The position numbers and the translations under genes were made by a program. A stretch of 53,543 nucleotides of DNA, taken from positions 1-53,543 of the forward strand of contig WAOO01000125.1 in NCBI GenBank assembly GCA_015521195.1, read 5' to 3'. The first letter of the stretch is position 1; the number at the start of each line of letters is the position of its first letter. Below the pieces are notes generated by a model, which was not told the DNA's origin, did no database searches, and saw only the letters and a list, made by a program, of their open reading frames with translations. Of this stretch, positions 28,001 to 37,537 are shown one piece after another. The DNA comes from Pyrolobus sp. Lineage in GTDB: Archaea > Thermoproteota > Thermoprotei_A > Sulfolobales > Pyrodictiaceae.

Positions 28001-29110
28001 CTACGCTGGCACCGGGAGCGTCAATACGATGAGCGCCGCGTAGAGGCCTGCATAGAGGGCCGCCCTCCTCGGGCTAAGCCCCTTATACGGGTTGACGACG
28101 CCGGGATGAACCCCCTTAGAGAGCATCAGGTAGAGCCCGTATGCTAGCAGCGAGAATACACCGACGAAGACTAGCTGGGGATAGACGAGGGAGGCTACCA
28201 GAGCAACCCACGGAGTCACAATGCTTGTCACCCGGTGCACCCTCTCACCGAAAACCGCGTACACCACATGGCCGCCATCAAGCCAGCCTATGGGCAGGAG
28301 GTTTAAGAAAGTCACAAGGAAGACTATGTAAGCTGCTAGCGCAAGCGGGTGTAGGACTACAACGCCGTTGCCCTTGACAACGAGACTCCCCTCTAGGAGG
28401 AGCACTAGAGGAATCATGCTCACCGAGGCTGTGCTAGACGATACAGCCCGAAGCGCAGCCGGATTGCTCACCACAAGGCTATAGACGAGCCCGATGAGCC
28501 CAACGACAAGGCCCGCCAGGAAGCCGTAGAGGGGGCCGGAGAGCCCAACTAGGGCTAGACTGTCACGATCCCTAGGTATACCCCTCATTAGTATAATCGC
28601 GCCGAAGGTCCCAATGCCGCCGAGGTTCGGCGGAGGCGCTGGGATGAAGAGAGGGGGTGAGACCGGCACGCCACGCCGCCTTGCAGCCATATAGTGGCCG
28701 CTCTCGTGGATGGCTAGAGGCCCGAGGAGACCGAGGAGGAATGAGAGGGCTAGACCCGCAATGTTCACGCTAAACCCGAGCCTGGAAGCGACTAGAGCAT
28801 ACTGGCCTGCAACCTCGAAGCCCGCGATAGCAACCGCGGCCACGGTAGCCGCGAGGAACAGGAGGACGCGAAGCCAGCCCCACCCCCTCTTAACCCTGAT
28901 AAACACAACCCCGAGCCCATCCTCAGTAGCCACGAGCTTAGGTTGCAGCCCGTAGCGTTCCACCAGAGAATCTGACAGGCTGTCGAGGCACGTCTCCCAG
29001 CCTGCGCGGGGAGCGACTAGCGCTCCGCCCTCACCGCAGAACCTTACATGGAAGCACCTCGCCAGCTCCTCACACAGCTCACGCCCTGTAATACTCTGGG
29101 AACTCATCAA
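28001..29110 (-). CDS. site-2 protease (peptidase M50)
   Basis: [26 protein letters not shown]. Confidence 0.93.
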   Translation of the reverse strand: MMSSQSITGRELCEELARCFHVRFCGEGGALVAPRAGWETCLDSLSDSLVERYGLQPKLVATEDGLGVVFIRVKRGWGWLRVLLFLAATVAAVAIAGFEVAGQYALVASRLGFSVNIAGLALSFLLGLLGPLAIHESGHYMAARRRGVPVSPPLFIPAPPPNLGGIGTFGAIILMRGIPRDRDSLALVGLSGPLYGFLAGLVVGLIGLVYSLVVSNPAALRAVSSSTASVSMIPLVLLLEGSLVVKGNGVVVLHPLALAAYIVFLVTFLNLLPIGWLDGGHVVYAVFGERVHRVTSIVTPWVALVASLVYPQLVFVGVFSLLAYGLYLMLSKGVHPGVVNPYKGLSPRRAALYAGLYAALIVLTLPVPA

Positions 29111-29453
29111 TGAACAACCTCGTCCAGTACTTGCCGACTCTCTTCTTCATACCCTCAAGGAGGACCTGCAAAGGTATAAGCTCTTGCTCACCCCTCCTTG
29201 TATACCTCAACACCGTTATAGGCAGCACACCCCTATCGAGCTCCACGCGGGCCAGGAGAACCAGGTCTTCACGAACCCTGGGAGGCAACCTCTCCACGTT
29301 AACCAGGGGAGGAGCGCCATACCTCAACTGGAGGGCGCGGGCGCCGATTATCCTCGCACGCTCGAAGCGCGTTAGCCACGGCGGACCTATCCGTACCCTC
29401 ACCTCCTCCTCTTTCCGCTTCTCTGCCTCGAGAGAAGCCGAGGCCAAGCCCAA
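29079..29453 (-). CDS. rpoK: RNA polymerase subunit K (Rpo6)
   Basis: [26 protein letters not shown]. Confidence 0.95.
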   Translation of the reverse strand: MGLASASLEAEKRKEEEVRVRIGPPWLTRFERARIIGARALQLRYGAPPLVNVERLPPRVREDLVLLARVELDRGVLPITVLRYTRRGEQELIPLQVLLEGMKKRVGKYWTRLFIDEFPEYYRA

Positions 29454-29517
29454 ACCCCTGGAGAGGGGCGAGTAGGAAGAGAAGGCTCAAAAACTTGTAT
29501 TATCTAGGGTTGTGGGG

Positions 29518-31197
29518 TTACTCCTCCTCGCCTCCGCCCTTCTTACCCTTCTTCTCCCTCTTGGTCGGAGCAGCGGCGATGATGTCGTCAATCTTGAGTA
29601 TCGTCGTGGCGGCCTCGGTGGCGCTCTTCAGCACCTGCTCCTTCACCAGTATCGGCTCGATGACGTTGACCTTGGTCATGTCATCGACTATCTTGCCGCT
29701 TATCACATCGAGGCCCGCATACTTCTTGCCGTCGGCGTGCAGCTTCCTAAGGTCCATGAGGGTCTGAAGCGCGTCTAGGCCAGCGCTCTCGGCCAGTATC
29801 ATCGGTATCTCTTCGAGGGCGTCGGCGTAAGCCTCGATTGCCAGCTGCTCCTTGCCGCCAACCTTCCTGGCATACTCGCGCAGCCTCATGGCAAGCTCTA
29901 CTTCCATCGCGCCGCCGCCCGGCACAATCTTGGGCTTCCTGAGCACATTCCTCAGCACGTGGAGCGCGTCCTGCAGGTTCCTCTCGGCCTCGTCTAGCAG
30001 CATGTCGTTGGCGCCGCGGAGCAGGATGGTCACCGCCTTCGGGTTCTTGCACTTCTCGATGAACACCATCTTGTCGTTGCCCACCCTCCTCTCCTCGACG
30101 AGCCCTGCGAAGCCCAGGTCGTCCGGCGTCAGGTCGCGGATGCTGCTGACAATCCTACCGCCCGTCGCCCTCTCAAGCTTCTCCATGTCGCTCCTCTTCA
30201 CCCTCCTGATAGCCATGATGCCCTTCTTGGCCAGGAAGTGCTGCGCAACCTCATCAATACCCTTCTGCGTTATCACGACGATGCCCGCATTCTCGCCGAG
30301 CTTGTAGCCCTCCCTCTCAATCCTCTGCTTAGCAACCTCATAGATCTTGTCGACCATCTCGCGGAGAATCCTCGCCTCCTCCTCCAGGAACGCCTTGATC
30401 TGCTCGGGGCTCGTGATGTTGATCTTAGCGGTTATCTCCGGCTTCTCGACCTCCAGCGGCGCGTCGAGCAGCACGATGAACGCGTTCTCAATCCTCTTCG
30501 GCATGCCTGGGTGGACCACCTCCTTGTCGAGGACGATGCCGTGGACGAGCTGGCTGTCTAGCAGGCTGCCGCCCTTCTTCTTCTCAATCTTGATGTCGTC
30601 AAGGCGGACCTCGTAGGTGCCGTCCGGCCTCTTCTCGGCGACAGTCCTAACCGCCTTGACCGCCATGTCTAGGAGCTTCTCGGCCGCCTCGCCCGTGCCG
30701 ATGTACTTGCTGGAGATGCTGGTCCATGCGACCTTCTTCAGCTCCTCATCGCTCTCGATGTTGACGGGGGTGCCTAGCTCGTCGAGCTGCTGTAGGGCGA
30801 AGTCGAGCGCCTTCTTGTAGCCCTCGATTATGGTGGTCGGGTGGATGTTCTCCTCGAGGAGGGTCTCAGCCCTGTCGAGCAGTGCGCCAGCGAGCACCAC
30901 GGCGCTGGTGGTGCCGTCGCCTACCTCAGCGTCCTGGGCCTTGGCAACCTCTACGAGGAGCTTGGCAGCCGGGTGCTGTATCTCCATCTCCTTGAGTATA
31001 GTGGCGCCGTCGTTCGTTATCGTGACGTCGCCGAAGCTGTCGACCAGCATCTTGTCGAGGCCTCTGGGGCCTAGGCTAGTCCTCAGTATCTCGGCGATCA
31101 CCTTTGCAGCCAGTATGTTGCTCCTGAGCGCCTCCCTGCCGTAGGTCCTCTGCGTGCCCTCCTTCAACACTAGGACCGGGATGCCGTAGAGGGCCAT
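29518..31197 (-). CDS. thsA: thermosome (group II chaperonin) subunit, alpha-like
   Basis: [36 protein letters not shown]. Confidence 0.97.
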   Translation of the reverse strand: MALYGIPVLVLKEGTQRTYGREALRSNILAAKVIAEILRTSLGPRGLDKMLVDSFGDVTITNDGATILKEMEIQHPAAKLLVEVAKAQDAEVGDGTTSAVVLAGALLDRAETLLEENIHPTTIIEGYKKALDFALQQLDELGTPVNIESDEELKKVAWTSISSKYIGTGEAAEKLLDMAVKAVRTVAEKRPDGTYEVRLDDIKIEKKKGGSLLDSQLVHGIVLDKEVVHPGMPKRIENAFIVLLDAPLEVEKPEITAKINITSPEQIKAFLEEEARILREMVDKIYEVAKQRIEREGYKLGENAGIVVITQKGIDEVAQHFLAKKGIMAIRRVKRSDMEKLERATGGRIVSSIRDLTPDDLGFAGLVEERRVGNDKMVFIEKCKNPKAVTILLRGANDMLLDEAERNLQDALHVLRNVLRKPKIVPGGGAMEVELAMRLREYARKVGGKEQLAIEAYADALEEIPMILAESAGLDALQTLMDLRKLHADGKKYAGLDVISGKIVDDMTKVNVIEPILVKEQVLKSATEAATTILKIDDIIAAAPTKREKKGKKGGGEEE

Positions 31198-31309
31198 TCC
31201 TCGTCACCCTCCAAGCCTTCCACGTAGGGGAGACGGCTACACTTCTATAAAAGCATTGCGCACGCTAGCTTTTAGAGAGGCGGTGCGCGCCGCCCCCACG
31301 GGGCTCAAG

Positions 31310-31510
31310 ATGGGCAAGGTGTATACGAGCCTGGTCAAGAGGACTGCGAGGAAGCTGCTCGAGATGTACCCGGACCTCTTCACGACAGACTTCGAGCACA
31401 ACAAGAGGGTGGTTGCACAGCTTGTCGAGGTCGAGTCTAAGAAGCTTCGCAACCAGATAGCAGGCTACCTCACCAGGCTCGTGAGGCTAAGGCAGAGGAG
31501 CCAGATGTAG
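31310..31510 (+). CDS. rps17e: 30S ribosomal protein S17e
   Basis: [32 protein letters not shown]. Confidence 0.96.
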   Translation: MGKVYTSLVKRTARKLLEMYPDLFTTDFEHNKRVVAQLVEVESKKLRNQIAGYLTRLVRLRQRSQM

Positions 31511-31512
31511 AG

Positions 31513-31767
31513 ATGCCCCGGGTACGCCTCTTCTTCGGCCTTCGAGATAGGGAGGGTAGGACGGAGTTCGAGATAGACGGGGGCAGCCTCTGCGAGGTTC
31601 TCGAGAAGCTCCAGGAGAGGCTACCGGTGCGCATAGTAGAGGATTGTAGCCCCGCGCCGGGCTACCTGATATTCCTTGACGGTGTGGATGTTCGGCTTCT
31701 GCCGCGCGACTGTAGAGTAGAGGATGGTTCGACTGTCGACGTTGTCCCGGTGAACCACCCAGGCTGA
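31513..31767 (+). CDS. Urm1/SAMP (MoaD/ThiS) ubiquitin-like protein with atypical C-terminus HPG
   Basis: Beta-grasp pattern MPRVRLFFGLR...GYLIFLDGVD.RL...DG.TVDVVPVNHPG; sits next to rpS17e and thermosome. Confidence 0.85.
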   Translation: MPRVRLFFGLRDREGRTEFEIDGGSLCEVLEKLQERLPVRIVEDCSPAPGYLIFLDGVDVRLLPRDCRVEDGSTVDVVPVNHPG

Positions 31768-31805
31768 GTTAAACTGGGGGTGTTTGGAGACGGGCGGGGA
31801 TTGGA

Positions 31806-32570
31806 TTGCGGGCTATCCTCGTCATCCACCCGTCGTGCCCCGTCAGCAGGCGCGTCGTGCTAAAACTTGCGGATGAGAAGCTCCTCGATAGCGTTGAACT
31901 CCTCGACGCTCGGGACCCTCGCGTCGTGCTGGGCTATGGGGTTTGGAGCGTGCCGTGGCTGGTCCTAGACGGTGTCCCCGCTGCCACTGACCCCGTCTCT
32001 GAGGATGAGGTTGTTGCGCTTCTCCGGGGCGGGGATGTCGAGCCACGCGACCCTGTAGAGGCGTTTTCAGACACCCTGATACACAGCAGTTTCGCGGCTG
32101 CAGTCTCCCTTATCAACGATGACCCGACGCTCGTGGTTGAGCATGGCTTCGTCTCCGCCGCTCTACGCGCACCGGCGACACGCGCAGATGTGGACAGGGC
32201 TATGCAATTGATTGTAGAGAGGCTGCCGGGTGAGTGGGGGGCTGGGCTTAGGGATAAGGTTGCTAGGGCTCTTGGGGTCAGCTTTGTCAGGGAGCTCTAC
32301 TGGGCTAGGGGAGGGGCGACGCGCGACGAGATACTGGAGGCCGTTGAACGGGGTGCTGTAAGACTCTGGCTCCTGGGTAAGGCTTCGCTCGGCAGGGGCG
32401 GGCTCCCGTGGAGACCATATCGTGTTGTTGCAGAGGCGGCAGAGCCCGTGGAGAGGTTTGTGAAGAGGGGCGTCGTGGGACTCCTGAAGAAGGTTGAGAG
32501 GGAGGTTAGGGAGCTGGAGGGCGACGCGAGATACTGGGAGCTTCTAGAGAAGCACCTTACCCGATTTTGA
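31806..32570 (+). CDS. thioredoxin-fold protein (single Cys, SCPVS)
   Basis: HPSCPVS and cis-Pro-type SVPW motif. Confidence 0.6.
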   Translation: MRAILVIHPSCPVSRRVVLKLADEKLLDSVELLDARDPRVVLGYGVWSVPWLVLDGVPAATDPVSEDEVVALLRGGDVEPRDPVEAFSDTLIHSSFAAAVSLINDDPTLVVEHGFVSAALRAPATRADVDRAMQLIVERLPGEWGAGLRDKVARALGVSFVRELYWARGGATRDEILEAVERGAVRLWLLGKASLGRGGLPWRPYRVVAEAAEPVERFVKRGVVGLLKKVEREVRELEGDARYWELLEKHLTRF

Positions 32571-33057
32571 AGCGTATGTGGCACCGCCCCTCCCGCTTCA
32601 CAACGAGCCTAACCTCGGTACCATGCCTCTCGGGGGCGAGGCTAGCATTGTACCCTGCAAGCTGGAGCATCTTCTCGAGTAGGCCCGGCAGCGGGCAGAC
32701 TGGCGCGGGTAGCATCGCACGCCCCACACCCTTGGGACAATACTTACACTTGTCCGTGACGACCTTCAGGTGCACGATGCTATCCTCCCTCTGGATGCTC
32801 CACTCTCCCCAGTCGAGCGCCTTCAACACAGAGTCGATAAACTCCTCTGGCGCCACACCCGGCTTTACACGCCCCATCGCAAGGAGGTACTTGTATAGTA
32901 TCTCGGCTGCCTTTGAGGTCACAAACTTGACCACGCCCGGGTTGAGAACCCCCGTCTCGTTCAACGCGGCTACGAACGTCGCGAAGAACCCGTGGCAGGG
33001 TGTAAGCTTCCTCTCCTCGGCTATCCGGCGGAGCTCCTCCAGCTCACCCTCTGCCAA
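32557..33057 (-). CDS. hypothetical Cys-containing protein (V4R-like ligand/metal-binding?)
   Basis: PCH, CKYCP, VCPLPG, GRCHI pattern. Confidence 0.55.
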   Translation of the reverse strand: MAEGELEELRRIAEERKLTPCHGFFATFVAALNETGVLNPGVVKFVTSKAAEILYKYLLAMGRVKPGVAPEEFIDSVLKALDWGEWSIQREDSIVHLKVVTDKCKYCPKGVGRAMLPAPVCPLPGLLEKMLQLAGYNASLAPERHGTEVRLVVKREGRCHIRFKIG

Positions 33058-33141
33058 AAGTACACTTCACCAAAAAATTATCGGTGATTACACAAGTTAT
33101 AACAAGTGCCACGCTTGCACACAACCCAGTCTTAAACCACG

Positions 33142-33702
33142 TTATAGACTGCAGGGCGAGAGCCTCTCGGCGAAACCCTGTAGCCTCTCCGGCGGGGCGC
33201 GCGTTACTGCACGCGCATCGCTCACACCCCTAACGTAGAGGTATACGCTGCGCCTCCTGCCAGCCTCGTCTTCGAAACGGCGTATGCGGACCGGGGTCCA
33301 CGGGGGGATGGGGAAGTCGAGCGTGACGACACGTGCACCTTCCCCGAGTTCCCTCTCGAGCTTTGGCGCAAGCCTCTCGTTGATAGAGGCGAACATATAG
33401 ATGTAGACGATGGTCGCCTCTGACAGGTCCACCTTGAACATGTCGCCCTCGATTATCTCGACCCTGTCGCCTACCCCCTCTTCTCTAGCCCGCAGCCTCG
33501 CTATCGTAGCCAGCGCCTCGTCTATCTCGACGCCCACGGCCCTCCGGACCCCGAAATCCCTCGCCGCTATCACGACCACACGCCCATCTCCACAGCCGAG
33601 GTCGTAGAGGACGTCGCAACGTGTAACCTTGGCGAGGCTGAGAGCCTCATAGACAGCCGAGAGTGGGCTCGGGATGTAGGGTGCGAGGCGCTCGCCTTTC
33701 AG
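33142..33702 (-). CDS. class I SAM methyltransferase, archaeal protein-lysine methyltransferase (aKMT-like); probable CTG start
   Basis: Upstream in-frame PYIPSP and YDLGCGDGR, then AVGVEID, DLSEAT.V.IY, L.PKLEREL..GARVV. Confidence 0.85.
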   Translation of the reverse strand: MKGERLAPYIPSPLSAVYEALSLAKVTRCDVLYDLGCGDGRVVVIAARDFGVRRAVGVEIDEALATIARLRAREEGVGDRVEIIEGDMFKVDLSEATIVYIYMFASINERLAPKLERELGEGARVVTLDFPIPPWTPVRIRRFEDEAGRRRSVYLYVRGVSDARAVTRAPPERLQGFAERLSPCSL

Positions 33703-33762
33703 GGCCCTCCGCCTAGGTGTTGCTCCTCACCCCTCAGCCCCGGCTTTACACTTCATCGGGCC
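33703..33762 (-). ncRNA. box C/D guide sRNA
   Basis: Minus strand reads GGCC-CGATGA-agtgtaaagccgggg-CTGA-ggg-GTGAGGA-gcaacacctagg-CGGA-GGGCC. Confidence 0.8.
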
Positions 33763-33823
33763 GCGCCGCCGGGGCATGTGTGGAGGCAGCTGGCTTAAAC
33801 CGGTTCGAGGCTCTGGATGTCAA

Positions 33824-33888
33824 TGGCGCCCCGCGAGGGGCCCGAGGCGTGGGCCGCTGTGAGCGGGGCAGGCTCCACCCCTTAAACA
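33824..33888 (+). ncRNA. candidate K-turn hairpin guide RNA antisense to 16S rRNA (H/ACA-like)
   Basis: Stem GCCCCGC/GCGGGGC with tandem GA pairs and a 3-nt bulge; GCAGGCTCCACCCCTT antisense to 16S; ACA at 33886; TATA-like CTTAAA at 33794. Confidence 0.6.
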
Positions 33889-33920
33889 AGCATCTAGAGC
33901 GCCGCGGGCCTATAATGCTC

Positions 33921-35195
33921 CTAGTAGTGTTTGGGTGTGAGCCCTAACAGCTTGGCCGCTATGCTGAGCTCGCGTCTCACATCGCCCCTGATGAGTATAT
34001 GGTGGTTTGACACTGCCTTCTCCGGGAACGGCGCCGGGTCCTCCTCTTCGACGAACTTCACCACCGCCTGCGTCCTGCACCTGCCTCCCGTGAACATCCC
34101 AGACTCTATGACCTCCACCAGGCCGAATGCGAGTGTCTTCATATCGGGTGATAGGGCGGTCATAGTGTAGACGCCGGGCTCTAGCCTCACGTGCACGGCG
34201 TACGGCCTCCCGGTCTCGAAGTGAGGTAGGAGTGCGGCGTAGGAGCCTAGGCTAGTAGCGGCTGTGCAATGGGCTAGCAGGAGCGTGTTATCCGACGGGT
34301 TGTAGTGGCTTGGGTTCGCTATCCAGCCCGGCTTCCCCGTCAACATCTTCGCGAGGTATAGGAGGACTAGGGCGCGGTAGTCGGCTTCGCACGCAGCTAC
34401 TACACCCTCGTCGAGCAGATACGCCATCATGAGGCACGGCGTATACCCCTTGGCGACTATGAACGGGAAGCAGTCTATGGTGACCGCAGACGCTCCACGC
34501 TCCCGAACCATCTTCATCGCAACGGCGGCTAGCCTCATCGGGCCGTCGAGCTTCTCCTCCTCGGCGCCGCCCAGGTCGAAATGCTGCTTGACGTAACTTG
34601 CAACCTCCCTGGTGTCGACGGACTCGAGTAGCCTGTCCAGCTCCTCGGGCGGAACAGTCTCAACCCTGAACCCGAATATGCTGGCAGCCTGTAGGGCCTC
34701 GCCTCTAACCTCCCTAGCGTTAAGCTCGACGACCTTCGCCTTGCTCAGCTCGACGATAGCCCTCACAGCCCTGACCGCCACGGCGGCCTCATCGACTATC
34801 TCCGACGGCCTCTCAGCCTCGATGAGATACACCCTGTGGCCCTCGGCCTCGAGCCTCGACTTGGCACTAAGGGCTGAGGCGAAGCTATTGTGGTAGCCGT
34901 GGGCGAGCAGGATTAGGGGCTTGCCGCTGGCAACGGTAGCGATGCTCCTCACAACCCTGCTGCTCCCGCCGGTCAAAACGGCGATGAAGAGAGCGTCAGC
35001 CCCCCTCAGCCTAGGTGCATGCTTCTCAACCTCCTCGGGAGACGTTATCACGCCGAGGGTCTCGACTCCAAGCGAGTGGAGCACACCGCAAAACTCCTCC
35101 CAGAGGTGTTCATAGTACTCGCGGCCGTGAACAGCGCTCGCAACCCCAACGCCTAGGAGCTTCGCCTGCTGCATGAAAACTGCCCCGGTGTCCAC
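33921..35195 (-). CDS. L-fucose/L-arabinose isomerase-like protein
   Basis: TGGS, NS..SA, IDCF, PCL, ACEAD, LAHCT, HFETG, CRTQ, NHH. Confidence 0.8.
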   Translation of the reverse strand: MDTGAVFMQQAKLLGVGVASAVHGREYYEHLWEEFCGVLHSLGVETLGVITSPEEVEKHAPRLRGADALFIAVLTGGSSRVVRSIATVASGKPLILLAHGYHNSFASALSAKSRLEAEGHRVYLIEAERPSEIVDEAAVAVRAVRAIVELSKAKVVELNAREVRGEALQAASIFGFRVETVPPEELDRLLESVDTREVASYVKQHFDLGGAEEEKLDGPMRLAAVAMKMVRERGASAVTIDCFPFIVAKGYTPCLMMAYLLDEGVVAACEADYRALVLLYLAKMLTGKPGWIANPSHYNPSDNTLLLAHCTAATSLGSYAALLPHFETGRPYAVHVRLEPGVYTMTALSPDMKTLAFGLVEVIESGMFTGGRCRTQAVVKFVEEEDPAPFPEKAVSNHHILIRGDVRRELSIAAKLLGLTPKHY

Positions 35196-35217
35196 GGGGC
35201 TTCAACAACTGATAACC

Positions 35218-36024
35218 CTACTGTGCCTCCGCCTGCCTGGATTCCACGCGGCATTCACACTGGACGTCCTCGCAGCTGGTAACCTGCCTCAGTATCTCCT
35301 CGGGCCCGGGTATCTCGAGGCCCGCCTCCTCCGCGAAAAACCTGTGTATATTCCCGATGTCGTGCGCCAGGAACTGCTCGGCGAGCGGATGGTTGAGGTC
35401 GACGGCCTGCGCAACGTCTATTATGTAGACCTTGCCGTGCAGATACATGATATTGTATTCTGAGAGGTCCGCATGGACGAGCCTCGCGCAGCAGTATATC
35501 CTCTTAACGTTCTCGACCACCTGGCGGTACACGTCCATAAGCTCCTCCTCGTCAAGCTCCTCATACACCTCTTTTAGGAGTGGGGCGCGTCTGCCACCCT
35601 CCCCTATAAACTCCATGACTATGATGTTCTGGTAGACAAGGTAGGGCCTTGGCACTGAGACGCAAGCGTCGTACATGCGCCGGAGGTTGCGGTACTCCTT
35701 CCTAGCCCACGCGAAGAACAACTTCTTGGTATTGCTCAGGTCTACGCCCTCGAACCTCGGGTCCCCCATAATGTACTTGTAGATGCTCTTCCTGAACTCG
35801 GCGGTCGCAGTCAGGTATATCTTTACGGCGTATTCGACGCCGCCCTTGCCAATCGCGCGGTAGACCCTAGCCTCCTTACCCGCACTCACCACGCCAGCAA
35901 AACGGACTATCTTAAGCCGCCTTGCGACCTCGTAGGCGGCCATCAGGGTCTGGTAGTCCCACACCTCCTCTACGGTCTCGAAGAGCTCCCGGTCCTTCAG
36001 CCTCTTGTACCTGCGGCCGCCCAG
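35218..36024 (-). CDS. rio1: RIO1 serine/threonine kinase (probable CTG start)
   Basis: KD.ELFETVEEV lies upstream of the first canonical start; SAGKEA.VY, AVKIY, W..KEYRNL, VHADLSEYNI, IIDVAQAV. Confidence 0.94.
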   Translation of the reverse strand: MGGRRYKRLKDRELFETVEEVWDYQTLMAAYEVARRLKIVRFAGVVSAGKEARVYRAIGKGGVEYAVKIYLTATAEFRKSIYKYIMGDPRFEGVDLSNTKKLFFAWARKEYRNLRRMYDACVSVPRPYLVYQNIIVMEFIGEGGRRAPLLKEVYEELDEEELMDVYRQVVENVKRIYCCARLVHADLSEYNIMYLHGKVYIIDVAQAVDLNHPLAEQFLAHDIGNIHRFFAEEAGLEIPGPEEILRQVTSCEDVQCECRVESRQAEAQ

Positions 36025-36055
36025 GCTAACACACCCCCAGGGCGAGGTTGCAGCT

Positions 36056-36400
36056 CTACACCTCCTCCGCCTCTATAAGCTCAAGCAGCTCCTCTGGCAG
36101 CACCCCCTTCTCTACGAGCTTCCTAACCTCGTCCTTCGTGTACCTGTAGACCACGTCGCCGCGGTCTGGCTTAAAATCCCAGGGAGCCACGAGCACGACA
36201 TCACCCTCCCTCATCCAGACGCGCCTCCTCATACTACCCGGTATCCTGACCTTCCTCGTGGCGCCATCCGCGCACCTCACCATGAGATAGTCGGCGCCCA
36301 GAAGCCTCTCGATGACACAGATCACGGTGCCCTCCTCGGGGTTGGGTAGGGGAGGCTCCTTCGAGCCGCTCTCCTCCTCCCTCCTCTTCTTCCTCGCCAT
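36056..36400 (-). CDS. eif1a: translation initiation factor aIF-1A
   Basis: LLGA, V.C.DG..R..RIPG.MRRRVW.REGD.VLV.PWDF. Confidence 0.95.
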   Translation of the reverse strand: MARKKRREEESGSKEPPLPNPEEGTVICVIERLLGADYLMVRCADGATRKVRIPGSMRRRVWMREGDVVLVAPWDFKPDRGDVVYRYTKDEVRKLVEKGVLPEELLELIEAEEV

Positions 36401-36442
36401 ACTCGAAATCCCATAGTGAAGACTGGCTGAACGCTCAAATCC

Positions 36443-37534
36443 TTACCTCTCCTCGGGCAGAGGCAGCACATAGTACCTGCCGTTGTGCCTCACGAGTATA
36501 GCCTCCCGGCCTACCCGGACCGTCTCCGGCTCGAAACGGACGCTCGCCTTAGGCAGCTCTATGTACTCGTAGCCGTCCTCCAGGCTCTGCAGGTGTATAG
36601 ATGAGGGTGTCACGGCGGCGACGAGAACCCTCTGCTCCTCCTCGAAGCGCGGCTGGTGTAGAAGCCTCCACGCCTTCTCGACGCTCAGTCGGTGCACCCT
36701 TCTGGCGCCAATCGACCTCACGTACACGAAGCCGTTCTTAATGCCGACCACGCGGTAGAGCCTACCCTCCATCTCGACGAGGCTCCCGATAGAGAAGAAT
36801 GGGAGGCGGACGCTCAACGTCAGCCTCTTCTTAGGTCTACCGTCGCGCCTTCTCCCCACAACCTTCCAGCTCTCAACGACCTTCGCGCCGAGGGCGGAGC
36901 GCAGCTTAGAGGCGATAGCCTTCGCGACGCCCTGATCTACGAGCACGAGGTCGAAGCCCTCCCGCTTCTCGACGACATCGCTGATGTACTCGCGTATCGC
37001 TGGCGATAGCTCCTCGAGGACCTCCTCTACGCTCCTCCTCTGCTCCTCGCTAAGCCTACCCCCCTCGCCCCTCACCTGGAGTATGGCCTCTACGGCGCCG
37101 CCAGCCTTCTTGAAACACTGTGGGCACAGCTGCTTCTTCACGTTGACCCTCACGCGGTACTCGAGGCTGTACTCGCGCTCCACGCCCCTAAGCTTACCCA
37201 CAACCCTGACTATCGCATAGTCGCCGTGGAACTGGTCGCGGATGTACTCGACGTTCTCTACACGGTACGACTCGACCTCGGGGTTCGGCCTAAACCTCGC
37301 AGCAGCCACGAGCCGTATAACCTCCCTGACGACGTCCTCGATGTTAGACGCGTCTATCGGCGGAGGATACCACCTACCCTGGTACCTGTAGGAGCCGCAG
37401 CGCGGACACACAACCACCTCTATGGGCTCAGGTAGCCTGCCGAGGCCGCGCACTTCGAGATAACACTGTGGGCACAACCTGCCGTCGACCAGTACATCCT
37501 CGCGTCCACAGCGCACACAGCGACCTATCAACAC
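36443..37534 (-). CDS. nmd3: NMD3 family ribosome biogenesis protein
   Basis: Four CxxC pairs, EAILQVRG, GFDL. Confidence 0.9.
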   Translation of the reverse strand: MLIGRCVRCGREDVLVDGRLCPQCYLEVRGLGRLPEPIEVVVCPRCGSYRYQGRWYPPPIDASNIEDVVREVIRLVAAARFRPNPEVESYRVENVEYIRDQFHGDYAIVRVVGKLRGVEREYSLEYRVRVNVKKQLCPQCFKKAGGAVEAILQVRGEGGRLSEEQRRSVEEVLEELSPAIREYISDVVEKREGFDLVLVDQGVAKAIASKLRSALGAKVVESWKVVGRRRDGRPKKRLTLSVRLPFFSIGSLVEMEGRLYRVVGIKNGFVYVRSIGARRVHRLSVEKAWRLLHQPRFEEEQRVLVAAVTPSSIHLQSLEDGYEYIELPKASVRFEPETVRVGREAILVRHNGRYYVLPLPEER

Positions 37535-37537
37535 GCA

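Noticed and set aside
33823-33885. 20-codon ORF MAPREGPEAWAAVSGAGSTP
   Set aside because: Very short; the hairpin and 16S complementarity explain the sequence better as an RNA
36416-36430. GTGAAGA-ctgg-CTGA as a C/D sRNA
   Set aside because: Only 4 nt between the boxes, no second box pair and no terminal stem
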